Assembly: GCF_018977255.1 (NCBI RefSeq)
Contig: NW_024704743.1
Coordinates: 33,606,001 to 33,670,000 of the forward strand
Origin: Callorhinchus milii
Lineage: Eukaryota
Direction: 5' to 3'
DNA length: 64,000 bases
Positions within the stretch are counted from its first letter, which is position 1. Every line of letters starts with the position of its first letter. Made by a program: the position numbers and the translations under genes. Positions 50,622-60,870 of the stretch are shown piece after piece. Under the pieces are notes generated by a model. The model was not told the origin of the DNA. It saw only the letters and a program-made list of their open reading frames with translations, and searched no databases.

Positions 50622-51212
50622 AATCTCTGCATTTGATACAGCGCCTTATCACACCTGTGGAGTCCTGTAGCTCAGTGGTTAGAGCTCTTGCCTTGCAAGC
50701 GAGACACCTGGGTTCAATTCCAGGCAGAGGGCGAAACCTTGGGCAAGTTTCCTTACTCCATACGCCTAATAATAATCCCTCCAAGAACAAAAACAACAAT
50801 AAACTGGTCATTTTCAATCCATGACTGTTTGTGGGACACTGCTGTGCGCATTTGGCTGCAGCGTTTTGCCCACAAATATACGGTCAATTCACTTTACAGC
50901 ATATTCCGTGAAGCGCTTTGAGACGTCGAGAAGACGTGAAAAGCGCTATATCAAATGCAAGGATTATTATTATTATCGTTGAGACATCGCAAAGCGTTTC
51001 ACAGGGTATACTGTAAAGTGGATTGACTGTATTTTGTGGGCCAAATGTGGTACTGAGGTTTGCGCACAGCAATGTCCCACAAGCAGCCATGGAATGAGGG
51101 ACCAATTTTATTTGAAGATTGAATAAAACTCCCCTCTCTTTTCCAATGGTACCTGGGAATCTTTAACGTCCACTTAGACAGACAGACGGAACCTTGGTTT
51201 AACGTCTTATTC
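50622..51212 (-). mobile_element. Older Deu-type SINE split by the young SINE at 50657-50975
   Basis: taatctctgcatttgatacagcgccttatcaca (to 50653) continues as tcgttgagacatcgcaaagcgtttcacaggg (from 50976) through ggaatctttaacgtccac..ttggtttaacgtc. Confidence 0.85.
50657..50975 (+). mobile_element. Full-length young tRNA(Ala)-derived SINE
   Basis: A box tagctcagtgg, B box gttcaattcc, Deu-type 3' body, stem-loop tail, (TTA)n. Confidence 0.93.
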
Positions 51213-51542
51213 TCACAACTACTAGTCGTGTTTACTTATATCATTGTGCACAAAGGCTAACTTCAAGGCCATCTTGAAAGTATTGAAAAAGCAGTGTGTG
51301 AATTCCTCATTCAGTAGCTTCTAATGAATCGCTGAATGGCTAGTGGGGTAAATGCAGCAAGTGGAGTGGATTGGTTTCATAGATTGAGAAAGTATAGATT
51401 GCAGTAATTCACAAAGGACTGTCGCATCAGCCTAACTAATGAGGAGTTAAGTGTTTTGAGACTCTCATCCCAAGTGCAAGGTGCTATATAGGTGGAACTA
51501 ATTGTTGGTCGAAATGTCCAAATAAAAAAGTGATCTACCAAT

Positions 51543-51853
51543 AGAGTCCTGTAGCTCAGTGGTAAGAGCACTCGCTTTGCAGGTGAGAGATCTGAGTTCA
51601 ATTCCAGGCAGGGCGAAACCTCGGGCAAGTTTCCTTACTCCACACCCCTAATAATAATCCCTCCAAAAAAATAACAAGAATAAATTGGTCATTTTCAATC
51701 CATGACTGTCTGTGGGACATTGCTGTGCGCAATTGGCTGCCGCATTCGCCCACAAATATACAGTCAATTCACTTTACAGTATATTCTGTGAAGCGCTTTG
51801 GGACGTCTAGAAGACGTGAAAAGCGCTATATCAAATGCAAGGATTATTATTAT
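51543..51853 (+). mobile_element. Full-length young tRNA(Ala)-derived SINE
   Basis: As above; intact A/B boxes and many CpGs retained. Confidence 0.93.
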
Positions 51854-52858
51854 AATACAAGAATACTAGTATACATCAGACATTATGATAACCCAACTGC
51901 CACTGGTCCTACTACAGCAATGACAAATGTACATTTACATAGCGCCTTTCACGTTGGGAGGATGTCCCAAAGCGCTGGAATTCTAAACTTGAAAGCGAAG
52001 ATTAAATCCAAACCACTGCTAATTAGCTAATTAAAAACTCTTCAGGTTATAAATTGCATATGCTATTTTTATCACAAATGGTACGTAAGTTTTTTTGACA
52101 GTAAAGAACACCTCAGTTAGTACTGCGGTTTCAATATGTGCTAATGTTACACTGCTGAGTAACCACCTGTAGAAACTCTTGCTGTGTGTGGATCAACGAC
52201 GGTTCCTGTCGTGCTCAGTTTGCTTGGTGCAGTTGTTGGGCAGACTGGGCAGGGAGGCTGCACTTGCTGCTTGAGGGTGTACTGTAAAATCATTCTGATG
52301 GAGGGGGGTGGGGGGGAGAAAGAGAGAGAGAGATGCCATAGCAAGTCCCTGAGTACCCCGGTTTGAAAGCCTGCAGGGAGGGATTTATCGCTCTAGCCAG
52401 GACGACATTTAAACACATAGCTATGTAATTAAAATTTGCAGAGAGCGTTCGGGTGTGGGGAGAATTAAAAAACGACCATTCTTTCTAGCTGCCAGCTGGA
52501 GTGAGGTTTCATTCCTTTCAGTCTGTGAGAGTGCAGTCTTGCCTTAGGCTTTTAATTTTTGAATCCAACCTTTTCCCCAATCTCCCCCTCCTTAAAAATT
52601 CATAAACTATTGTCACTTAATACTGTGCTGTCTGGAGCCTGGAATGGAGAATGCCCATTTAAAGGCATGTTTTAATTTCACTAAGTTGGACTTAATAAAT
52701 ATTGTATTTCTTTTTAATAAAATGGCAATCCTGCTATTGTAATCTGTGATCCATTAATCTTGACATTCCAGGCTTTCCTTGCTCATACTTAATAGACTTA
52801 CAGTTGTGAACGGTGTGACAGAGATCATGAAAGAATATTTTTAAATGAGAGCTTCATT

Positions 52859-53187
52859 ATAATAATAATAATAATAATCCTTGAATTTGATATAGCACTT
52901 TTCACGTCGGGAGGACGTCCCAAAGTGCTTCACAGAATACACTGTAAAGTGAATTGACTGTATATTTGTGGGCGAACGCGGCAGCCAATTGCGCACAGCA
53001 ATGTCCCCACAAACAGTCGTAGATTGAAAATGACTAATTTATTATTGTTTTTGGTTTTGGAGGGATTATTATTAGGCTCTGTGTGGAGTAAGGAAACTTG
53101 CCCAAGGTTTCGCCCTCTGCCTGGAATTGAACTCAGGTCTCTCGCTTGCAAAGCAAGTGCTCTAACCACTGAGCTACAGAACTCCAC
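52859..53187 (-). mobile_element. Full-length young tRNA(Ala)-derived SINE
   Basis: Reverse complement of the same family, long (TAA)n tail. Confidence 0.93.
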
Positions 53188-53239
53188 AATTAATCTTTGT
53201 GCTGGTTTATTGTGGATGAGTTCGTGAATTTGAGCTAGT

Positions 53240-53700
53240 TACCTGAATACTCTGACCTGCCAAGCAGTCTGCCGATGAAGGTCTCTCGGCCCATTTGACT
53301 GCAACAGACTCTAACCTTGTCCTGGACTTGTTCACCATTGCTGATAACCCAAGCCAGCTGCTGATTACCCTTTGTGTAACGAAATGCTTCCTGGTTCCTG
53401 CAATAAGATAGCCCTTCACAGTCCTAAACCTGTGCCCTTGTGTCCTGCGGCCTTGGTAAGTCTGAAAATATTGTTGTGGACTTTGTCTATCACATTCAGC
53501 ATCTCTTGAACGTCTACAAGGTTCCCTCTGAGATGTTTCAAGATTGAGGAGGAGAAGCTCAGTTAATGATTCTTCATAGCTCAATACTGGGTATGGGCCT
53601 CGCGGTTCTCTTGTGCAGCGCCTCTAGGCCCTGGATATTCCCTGATATCATCACAGAATTATTTAGCTTCACCTCCAGGACTTTGTCTTAGGACCACTGA
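53240..53700 (-). mobile_element. CR1-clade LINE ORF2 C-terminal fragment + 3'UTR
   Basis: Minus ORF SYEESLTELLLLNLE...RTQGHRFR..G....TRKHFVTQRVISSW matches CR1 'SYEERL..LGLFSLE...RTRGH...RKHFFTQRVV..W'; 3'UTR aatgggccga. Confidence 0.85.
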
Positions 53701-54059
53701 AGGGAGGGATTGTGGGCTTTAGTAAAGATGCACTGCTGACTGCTCTCTTGCGTGCAAGATGAAAGGATAGATCTTCTGTTGCACTCGGTTAGAAACAACT
53801 TATAGTGTAAGTAAACTTAGATTCTTTGTGATTCTTTCTACCCCGGGAAGCCCTGTTACTGATGGATCTGAGCAGTAAAGCTTGTCAGTTACACTCTTAA
53901 CACTTGGACCTTTAATTCATTTTCAGTAAAGCCTTTGGTGTGATTTCAGCTGTTGAGTGATATGAAATCTTTTGGCCTCTTCCCTTTGAATGCTGCAGAT
54001 ATATTTGGGGAGGATTTGTGCATTTACACTAATGATCTGGGAACATATTAAACAGTTAT

Positions 54060-54322
54060 CTTGTCCTTTATCTCTGGTGTCCTGCACATCCTTTGTTCTT
54101 TCTGTTCTATCATCAGCGGCTGATGCTTTCAGCCACTACGCCCTGAGACTCTGGAAATTTCTGACTGAATCCCTCCACCTTGCCCCCTCCTTGACTGTCT
54201 TCAGATCACACCTGAGGACCTTTGACTGTGCCTTTGGTCACCTCTCCCTGGCTCGGCAACAAGCTACCCCACTGTTAAGCCCTCCTGCTTGAAGGGTACT
54301 ACGTAAATGCAAATTGTTGTTC
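54060..54322 (+). mobile_element. L2-like LINE 3' end
   Basis: ORF AFSHYALRLWKFLTESLHLAPSLTVFRSHLRTFDCAFGH; tail aaatgcaaattgttgt. Confidence 0.8.
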
Positions 54323-54594
54323 TTTACATCCAGCTATCAGCCAGGATGAAGGATCATAACATCAGACTTTCTGTTCTCTGGGACAGATTCCCAGCCAGTA
54401 AATGGAGATTACTTTGTTTAACATCCATGTTAATGCACAGATTTATCTGCGAGGGGGAAAAAAAAGTACGGTGCAGTTCAAAATTGATGAGTCTTCTCAA
54501 AAGTGACAAGCTGTATTACCTGCAGTAGCTGTTAGAAACCTCAGGGTGAGTCTGTGATTTAAAACTAACCCTAAAAACTGTGGTTCTAGCAGAT

Positions 54595-54790
54595 CTGGAA
54601 AGTCCTAACTTGTTTGCTTAGTTAGCTGATCTCAGTCAGAGTAACCGCATAGGCTTCAAGTGATTTTAGACTGAGGAGGGAGAATCAGCCTTGGGCTGAT
54701 GTCCATCATGAATGGACCGTAAGACGTGTTCAATCCAGTCTAACCTATGAAGGATGGCCATTTGAGCAAGGTCCTGGAGTTGGTCTCTTT
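54595..54790 (+). mobile_element. Old third-family SINE, degenerate
   Basis: gttagctgatctcagtc..gagggagaatcagcc..atgaaggatggccatttgagcaagg. Confidence 0.55.
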
Positions 54791-54889
54791 GGTGATGGTG
54801 GGACAGAAACGAGCGATATGTTGATGCAATATCTGCAATGCATCCATCATGGGTCCCAGAGAAACAAGTACTTGAGACTTTCTGTCAAC

Positions 54890-55318
54890 ATCAACCTGGC
54901 TCAGTTGGTAACACTCTCACCTCTGAGTTAGAAGGCTCTTGGTTCAAGCTCCACATTGGTACTTGGAACTCATAAAAGTCTAAGATGACAGCGCTTGGGG
55001 TGCGCTGCATTGTTGGAGGTGACGTCCTTTGGATGAGATGTTAAACCGAGGCCCCGCTTGCCCGTTCAGATTGCATGGCATGATTCAAAAAGAGAAGCGA
55101 GTTCCTCCCATTGTCCTGGCCAACAAGCCCCCAAATGAAATTGCACATTGACTCCATGACTGTATGTGGGATATTGCTGTGTGCAAATTGACTGCTGCGC
55201 TCACCCACAAAACACTCCAAATGACAATATATCCTGTAAATTTAAATATATGCTTTAAGGTGCTTTAGTTCGTTCGCCCAACATCAAAGGACCTATACCA
55301 ATTGTGAGGATTATTATT
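54890..55318 (+). mobile_element. Full-length Deu-domain SINE (SacSINE1-like)
   Basis: tRNA head tggctcagttggtaacactctcacctctgagttagaagg..ggttcaagctcc; Deu core gctgcattgttggaggtgacgtcctttggatgagatgttaaaccgaggcccc; tail ggattattatt. Confidence 0.88.
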
Positions 55319-56308
55319 TAACTTGGAACGGTATTCAGATCAGTGCTTTACTACACTAGAATGGGAAAGGTAAGCTGGTTGCTCTCTTGTACACCACTGT
55401 CAACATGTGTTTGGGTGGGAGGAAGACTAAGTGTATTGAGTACTGCTGCCAAGCTTTGGATCACGGCAATAATTTGACCTTTGCTACTGTAGTCTATGTG
55501 CAATGCTCATGACTTGGTGTTCTCGAATGTAACTTAGGTGTGTTCAAAAACGTGTGGGGCCAGAGTTTGGCTGTAAGGCCAGTTGCAGATTAAGTTGACA
55601 ATTCTCAAAACGTTGCTATTCTTTCCAATGGTCCTTTTGAGCCTCTCTGTTCTGCAGTAGCTGACGCACGTGATTACTTCCACATGGGGCACCCAGATCC
55701 CAATGGCACCCGTTGTACAGAGCACAGTGACTAAATAACATAACAAATTAGCCTGGCATTTGATCTAGCACCTTACTATGTTGTCAAAACTTTTCAAAGA
55801 CCTTCACAGGATTTTACTGTAAAGTGTAGTGACTCTGTATTTGTAGGCAACAGTGAGCTGCTTTTATTTATTTAACTTAACTGACATCAAAGTGAAACGT
55901 ACTTCACTATTTTTCTGCCAACACTGTAGATTCCTGTGATTTGGGCCAGGCAAGACTCCAGCTGTCTTGATACTCTTGATATGTCGATTCTGTTTGCATG
56001 TTTCGGCAATGTTATCCTGAGTTGTTTTGAATAATGCTCAAAGTTTGGGCTAAGGACTGAAGTGTTTAAATATTTAAAGTGGCGTTATGGATTTGTGCAA
56101 GCAGCTTGTATCCATCAAACTGTCAGGTTTTGGGGTTTGGATGGGCAGTTTGCGTTGTTTCTTCAGAGCAGAGACCGTCAGTGCAAGCCAGCACGTCTAC
56201 CACAGCTTCATTTTGTTGAGCGGTTCAAATAGCTGCAGCAGCATTAGTGAAAGAACAGGCTTCTCTTGTACTGTACGGATGGAAATTTGGGTGGAATGTT
56301 TTCTTAGG

Positions 56309-56540
56309 TGTCAGCCGGGCTCAATTGGTAACACTCTCTGCTTGTGGGTTAAAAGGTTGTGGGTTCAATCTCCACACTCCCGGAATTTGAGCTCACAATC
56401 TAGGTTGCTACTAAAAATGCAATGCTGAGGGAGCGCTGTATTGTTCGAGGGCCATTCTTTGGATGAGACGTTAATCCAAGGTCCAATCTGCTGTTCAGCT
56501 GTCTGTTGAAGGTTTCAAACACTGTTTGAAAGTGAGCAAG
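56309..56540 (+). mobile_element. Deu-domain SINE, 5' half
   Basis: gtcagccgggctcaattggtaacactctc..gggttcaatctcc..gctgagggagcgctg..ttggatgagacgttaa. Confidence 0.8.
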
Positions 56541-57744
56541 AATTGGCATTTATTCCACACCTTTCATGTAGGCAGTTCTTTCTTCCTGGACGTTTCAAAC
56601 AAACCGGGGCTTGTAAAAGCAGTTAAAGTGTGAGCAGAGGTTGTGTTGTCTTTTGTCCCTCGTTAAGAATGGGGTGGGGGAGTAACACCAACTTTTTTAT
56701 AAATCATTCTTTACAAAGGAAAGCAACAATAGTTCTGTCTTTGTGTGCGACACTGGTGCTGAATTTAGATTGTGTGAACATGTTCTGTAGCCACCTGATT
56801 CCAACTGAGTCAATACTAAAGTGTGCTGGATTCAGCTCTGAAAATAACAGGGAGCAAAACGTGTCCAAAGTCCCGACTTTAACTGGCTACTGGGTAGTGA
56901 CTGTTTTGAAATGGTCATTCCGGTTGTGTGTGCGTTGGGAGGTGGGGGGGGAGACTGCTTTAAGTTTGACGTATTTCATATCGAGGAAAGTGCTGATTCG
57001 AGCAGGCTGGACTTTGCTAATGCAGTTCCAGTCTCCCACTTGGCAACTGTGCAACATTTGAGGAATTCAAGATTCAAGGGCAAGAAACCATAACTAATGA
57101 CTGTAAAACCCATGTGACCACAGAGAAAGCAGCATGTTATCACTGGAGTGCAAAAGTGTTTGCCAGAGTTCAGGACTGATCTTGATGTGTCTTTGTTTCC
57201 TAATGTTCCATGACAAAGTCTTGGCTCTGGGTAACTGCATGTTTCGTCAGCAGACCAACACACACTATTTTTAATATATACAGGAGCACTCCAGGCAACA
57301 AAGACCTCTGTGCATTATAATTAATTTGATACCGTACTTATTCCCTCAAGCCTCTCTTATTCCTTAACCCCCCCCCCCTTTTTTTAAAAAAAGGTCCAAG
57401 AATGGTCTCTTTCAACTTGCTGATAAGTTGCCCTTGATGATGATAGAAATGCACTGAGTTAACGTATAGAATTAATCGTTTGCTTTTGGGGTATGCCCAC
57501 TCTTGAGTTATTTGCCTGGATTAGTTAAGGCACCAAGTAAACAAATCAGTGTGTGACGCTTCCTTTAGTAATGCACAGCCCATTGCCACTTAATACCAGG
57601 GTACACAGTGCATTTGTTTGGCGAGTGCTATTTGCTCAAGGTGTAAATGTTTGCTTTTTATTTAAAACGTACAGGCTTAATAGCTGGCAATTCTCTTCAT
57701 TGGGACTGGAAAGAATAAAAAGCTATTTTTAAACTATTTGTGAT

Positions 57745-58165
57745 CTGTGGGTTCAAGCCCTATGTGGGGACTTTGAGCTCATAATCCAGGCTGATACTCC
57801 AGTGTAAATAATAATAATTCTTGAATTTGGTATTGCGCCTTAAAAGTTGGAGGATATCTGAAAGCGCTTCACAGGACTGTGTATTTGTGGGTGTGTACAG
57901 TGCAGGGGGAAGCTGCATTTTCAGATCTTTTGGATGAGATGTTGAACCAATTGCTGTCTCTAAAAGAGGAGGGAGTTTCTTCTGATGTCCTGGCCATCAA
58001 TCTTCCAGATATATTGGTTGTTCACTTTTCAGCAGTCTGTGGGACATTGCTGTGTCCAAATTGGCTGTTTGCTTACAAATAATCACTTTACTTTACAAAA
58101 TCTCTGTGATACACATGTAGATATTCTCGATGTTATAGATTTGTCAAATGCAAAGATTATTATAT
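57745..58165 (+). mobile_element. Deu-domain SINE with nested minus-strand SINE tail (~57808-57895)
   Basis: tgtgggttcaagccc..ccaggctgatactccagtgta|aataataataattcttgaatttgg..|gtacagtgcagggggaagctgc..ttggatgagatgttgaacc..tcaaatgcaaagattatt. Confidence 0.75.
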
Positions 58166-58877
58166 TGTTACAAATTGCAGCCCTTTCATACCGTCTCCCC
58201 TGAATCCATTGCAGTTTAACGTACCTGCTTGAGCGAAGAGTTAATACCATTCTTCATTAATCCAGATACAGAGCTGGATTCATCAGCATTGCTGCTTCAC
58301 TGATCAATGCCGTGTGAGTGTTGGGCTCCATTTTGAGGCCCACCATGGTTGAACAGCCCATTGATGCTTTATTGGGGTCTAATTTGTGATCTGGACTTTA
58401 CATCAAACTTTGATAATTTACGACTTGTTGGCTGCAGATCCCGCAATGCGTCATCCGCAAATGTGGTTTGTGAATATTGCAAATGAGACCACATTATTTG
58501 AGCTCTGTGGTTACTTGGAAAAGGCGTATGGGATTGTACCCAGCATGAGTCATCTCTTTCGGGAGGGGAGGGGGGGGGGCGATTGCAAAACAAAGGAAAC
58601 TGGAATCCCTGTGGAGTTTGGGAAAGAATAAACTGGTTAAAACATGAACAAAGCATGGTAGGGAATTTATATGATGGGGTTATTTAACCATGAGTTTATT
58701 TAACCCTGTTAATTGAAGCCAATAGAAACGTAAAGTTGGAAGGAATCAACTTGCGACTTAATTTATAACCGCTGCAAATGGGTGCTCTAAGACTTTTATT
58801 TTTTAAAAATTGAAAAAACATTTTAAACCAGTTAAACACTGCACACAACTTTTACATAATTTTTCAGACAATGTATC

Positions 58878-59281
58878 AGGCTGACTCAGAACACTTCCCT
58901 CTGAGTCGGAAGATTGTGGGTTCAAACCCTGCATTGGGACTTGGAGCTCAGAGATGACACTCCAATGCAGTGCTGTGAGTGTGTTATATTGTCAGAGGCA
59001 CCATCCTTTGGATGAGATGTTAAACAGAAATCCTGTCTGTCTGTTCATGTAGATATTAAAGATCCCATGGCCATCAAAAAGAGACAGGAGTTTCTCCGGG
59101 TGTTGTGGCCAACAATTCCCTAAATAAAATTGGTCACTCACTTTGTGGCTATTTGTGGGACATAATTAGCTGCCGCATTTACCACAAAACACACACCACT
59201 TTACAGTATATCCTGTGACGTCCTTTGTGATGTCCTCTGGTTGTGAAAGTCTCTGTGTCAAATGTAAAGATTATTATTATA
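58878..59281 (+). mobile_element. Full-length Deu-domain SINE
   Basis: ctctgagtcggaagattgtgggttcaaacc; gtcagaggcaccatcctttggatgagatgttaaac; taaagatcccatggc; tail gattattattat. Confidence 0.85.
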
Positions 59282-59377
59282 ATATTTCACCTCCTGCATG
59301 AAGGGTACTATATAATGCACATTATTGTTTTGTATTTTGGTTTGCATCACAGACCTGTTTAGAAGTCTTGTAAATCC

Positions 59378-59501
59378 AGCCATGTTGGGAGTATATTTTG
59401 CCCACATAATACAGTCACATGACTACAGTGTATTGTGTGAAGAGCTTTGAGATGTCTCGACAACTTGACAAAGTGCTATGTCAAATGCAAGGATATTATT
59501 A
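59378..59501 (+). mobile_element. SINE 3' tail
   Basis: ttttgcccaca..tgtgaagagctttgagatgtctc..tcaaatgcaaggatattatt. Confidence 0.75.
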
Positions 59502-59529
59502 CATTACCAATGTACAGCACATTCCCACA

Positions 59530-59563
59530 CACTAACCCGTGCATTTGTACTTTGTCCCTTTAG
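59530..59563 (+). promoter_or_regulatory. JARID2: Branch point, polypyrimidine tract and 3' splice site
   Basis: cactaac (59530-59536), tttgtactttgtcccttt, TAG acceptor at 59561-59563. Confidence 0.9.
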
Positions 59564-59714
59564 GACTACAACGATGGCATTCAGTGGTCAGAAGAGCGAG
59601 TGGTACGAAAGGTTCTCTACTTGTCACTGAAGGAATTCAAGAATTCACAGAAGCGACAGTACAGCGATCTCAATGGGAGCAGTGACGATAAAACGCACAG
59701 GAAAGAATTGAATG
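59564..59714 (+). CDS. JARID2: JARID2 (protein Jumonji) internal coding exon, equivalent to human coding exon 2; 151 nt, phase 0 to phase 1
   Basis: Translates [50 protein letters not shown](G); [25 protein letters not shown] is identical to recalled human JARID2 (H2AK119ub-binding UIM region); AG acceptor and GTAAGT donor (59715-59720). Missed by the ORF track. Confidence 0.96.
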
Positions 59715-60089
59715 GTAAGTAATTAAAAGATGCTGGCAGACACTACCACAGGTTGAATTGCTTTGGGCACTGCCAGTTTAGTGAATTCCAATAGAATTCC
59801 TTGATTTCCAGCCAAGTTGGCAAATGGTTTTGCTTCTAAGCTGTTACCAGAGCATACACAGTCTGAAAAACTAGCTGCAATTTGATCTCTGCTATTAACA
59901 TTTTTCAGGTTATAGCACAGCTGCGGAAACAAAGAGCAGGTTTAAAGTAGCCGTGGCAAGCTGTTGCCTTTCAGAAGCATGGCCTCCACACATGATCTTT
60001 GAGGTGGAATGTTCGTGTCTGGGAATAGTGTATGGCTCTCAAAGTGCCGCTATACACAATCGATTTGTAGCTGGTCTAGAACCAGGAGA

Positions 60090-60870
60090 CTGAGATCGCA
60101 GAGTCTGGGAATGCTGACATTGGAGAAGATGATTTGAGGGGGTGATCTCATGGAGATCATCCACATTCTATAGGGTGTAGATGAGAGAGACGGACTCCCA
60201 TCCAATACCTTATTCGTTATACTGAAGAAGTCCCTAACAATTGAGCCATTGTCTTAAGCCTAACGTGTCTTTTGACGAGTCCTGTAGCTTATTGGTTAGA
60301 GCATTTGCCTCGCAAGTGAGAGGACCCGGGTTTGATTCCCAAGCAGGGCACAATCTTGGGCAGGTTTCCTTACGCCACTCGGTTTACCTAGCTGTAAATA
60401 GGAACCCGATTGTTAGTGAGTTAGTGGAACACTTTCTGGATGTAATAATCCGTCCAAAAAAAAATATTATTTGGCCACTCAATCCAAGACCGTTTGTGGG
60501 ACGTTGCTGTGTGCAATTGGCTCCCACGTTTTACCCACAAAATATACAGTCAGAATTCTCTCACAATATATCCTGTAAAGTGCTTTGAGACATCTCAACG
60601 ACACGATATAGTGCAATATCAAATGCAGGGATTATGATTATTATTACCACTGTTCAGTTTTAACCGTTTTGTGCAATGCATAGTTAACACGAGGAGCAGT
60701 TTCCCCACAAATGCGCTGGAGGTGGATAGTGTCGACGATTTGATGAGGGAATTAGCTGTATCATTGACAGTGAAGGGTGTTGCGTGATTTGTGAGCTGGG
60801 GGGAGATGGTGTTGGAGAACATGACCAGCCAGGTGGATTTGTACTTTCCTATATTCCTGCACTTTCATCA
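60090..60870 (+). mobile_element. CR1 ORF2 C-terminal fragment split by a SINE insertion
   Basis: Before the SINE: SLGMLTLEKMI*GGDLMEIIHIL*GVD..SHCLK; after it: NRFVQCIVNTRSSFPTNALEVDSVDDLMRELAVSLTVKGV; colinear with CR1 'LGLFSLEKRRLRGDLIEVYKI..G.D..GH.LK..NFFTQRVVN.WNSLP..AVEA.S...FKRELD'. Confidence 0.8.
60277..60646 (+). mobile_element. Full-length long-variant tRNA(Ala)-derived SINE
   Basis: Head gagtcctgtagcttattggttagag..ctcgcaag; extra central segment ggtttacctagctgtaaataggaacccgattgttagtg absent from the young copies; Deu-type 3' body and (TTA)n tail. Confidence 0.88.

Larger units (their letters stand above)
1..59563 (+). other. JARID2: 3' portion of large JARID2 intron (probably intron 1)
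   Basis: No other recognisable exon upstream of 59564; the JARID2 first coding exon (MSKERPKRNIIQKKY in human) was not found by eye; sequence appears G/T-skewed on +, as expected for a + strand transcribed intron. Confidence 0.8.

Noticed and set aside
51543..51618. tRNA-Ala(TGC)-like genes (also at 10054, 43582, 50657, 53110-53187)
   Set aside because: A/B boxes and anticodon-like loop are SINE heads continuous with SINE body and tail; stems are imperfect.
50611..53227. Recurrent similar ORFs (e.g. SSVVRALALQAR..., YIKCKDYYY)
   Set aside because: Translations of SINE copies, not a gene family.
6125..60646. Repeated ~35-nt palindromic unit gcgctttgagacgtctagaagacgtgaaaagcgc as CRISPR repeat, attC site or terminator
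   Set aside because: Dispersed on both strands with irregular spacing, always within SINE tails in a vertebrate intron.
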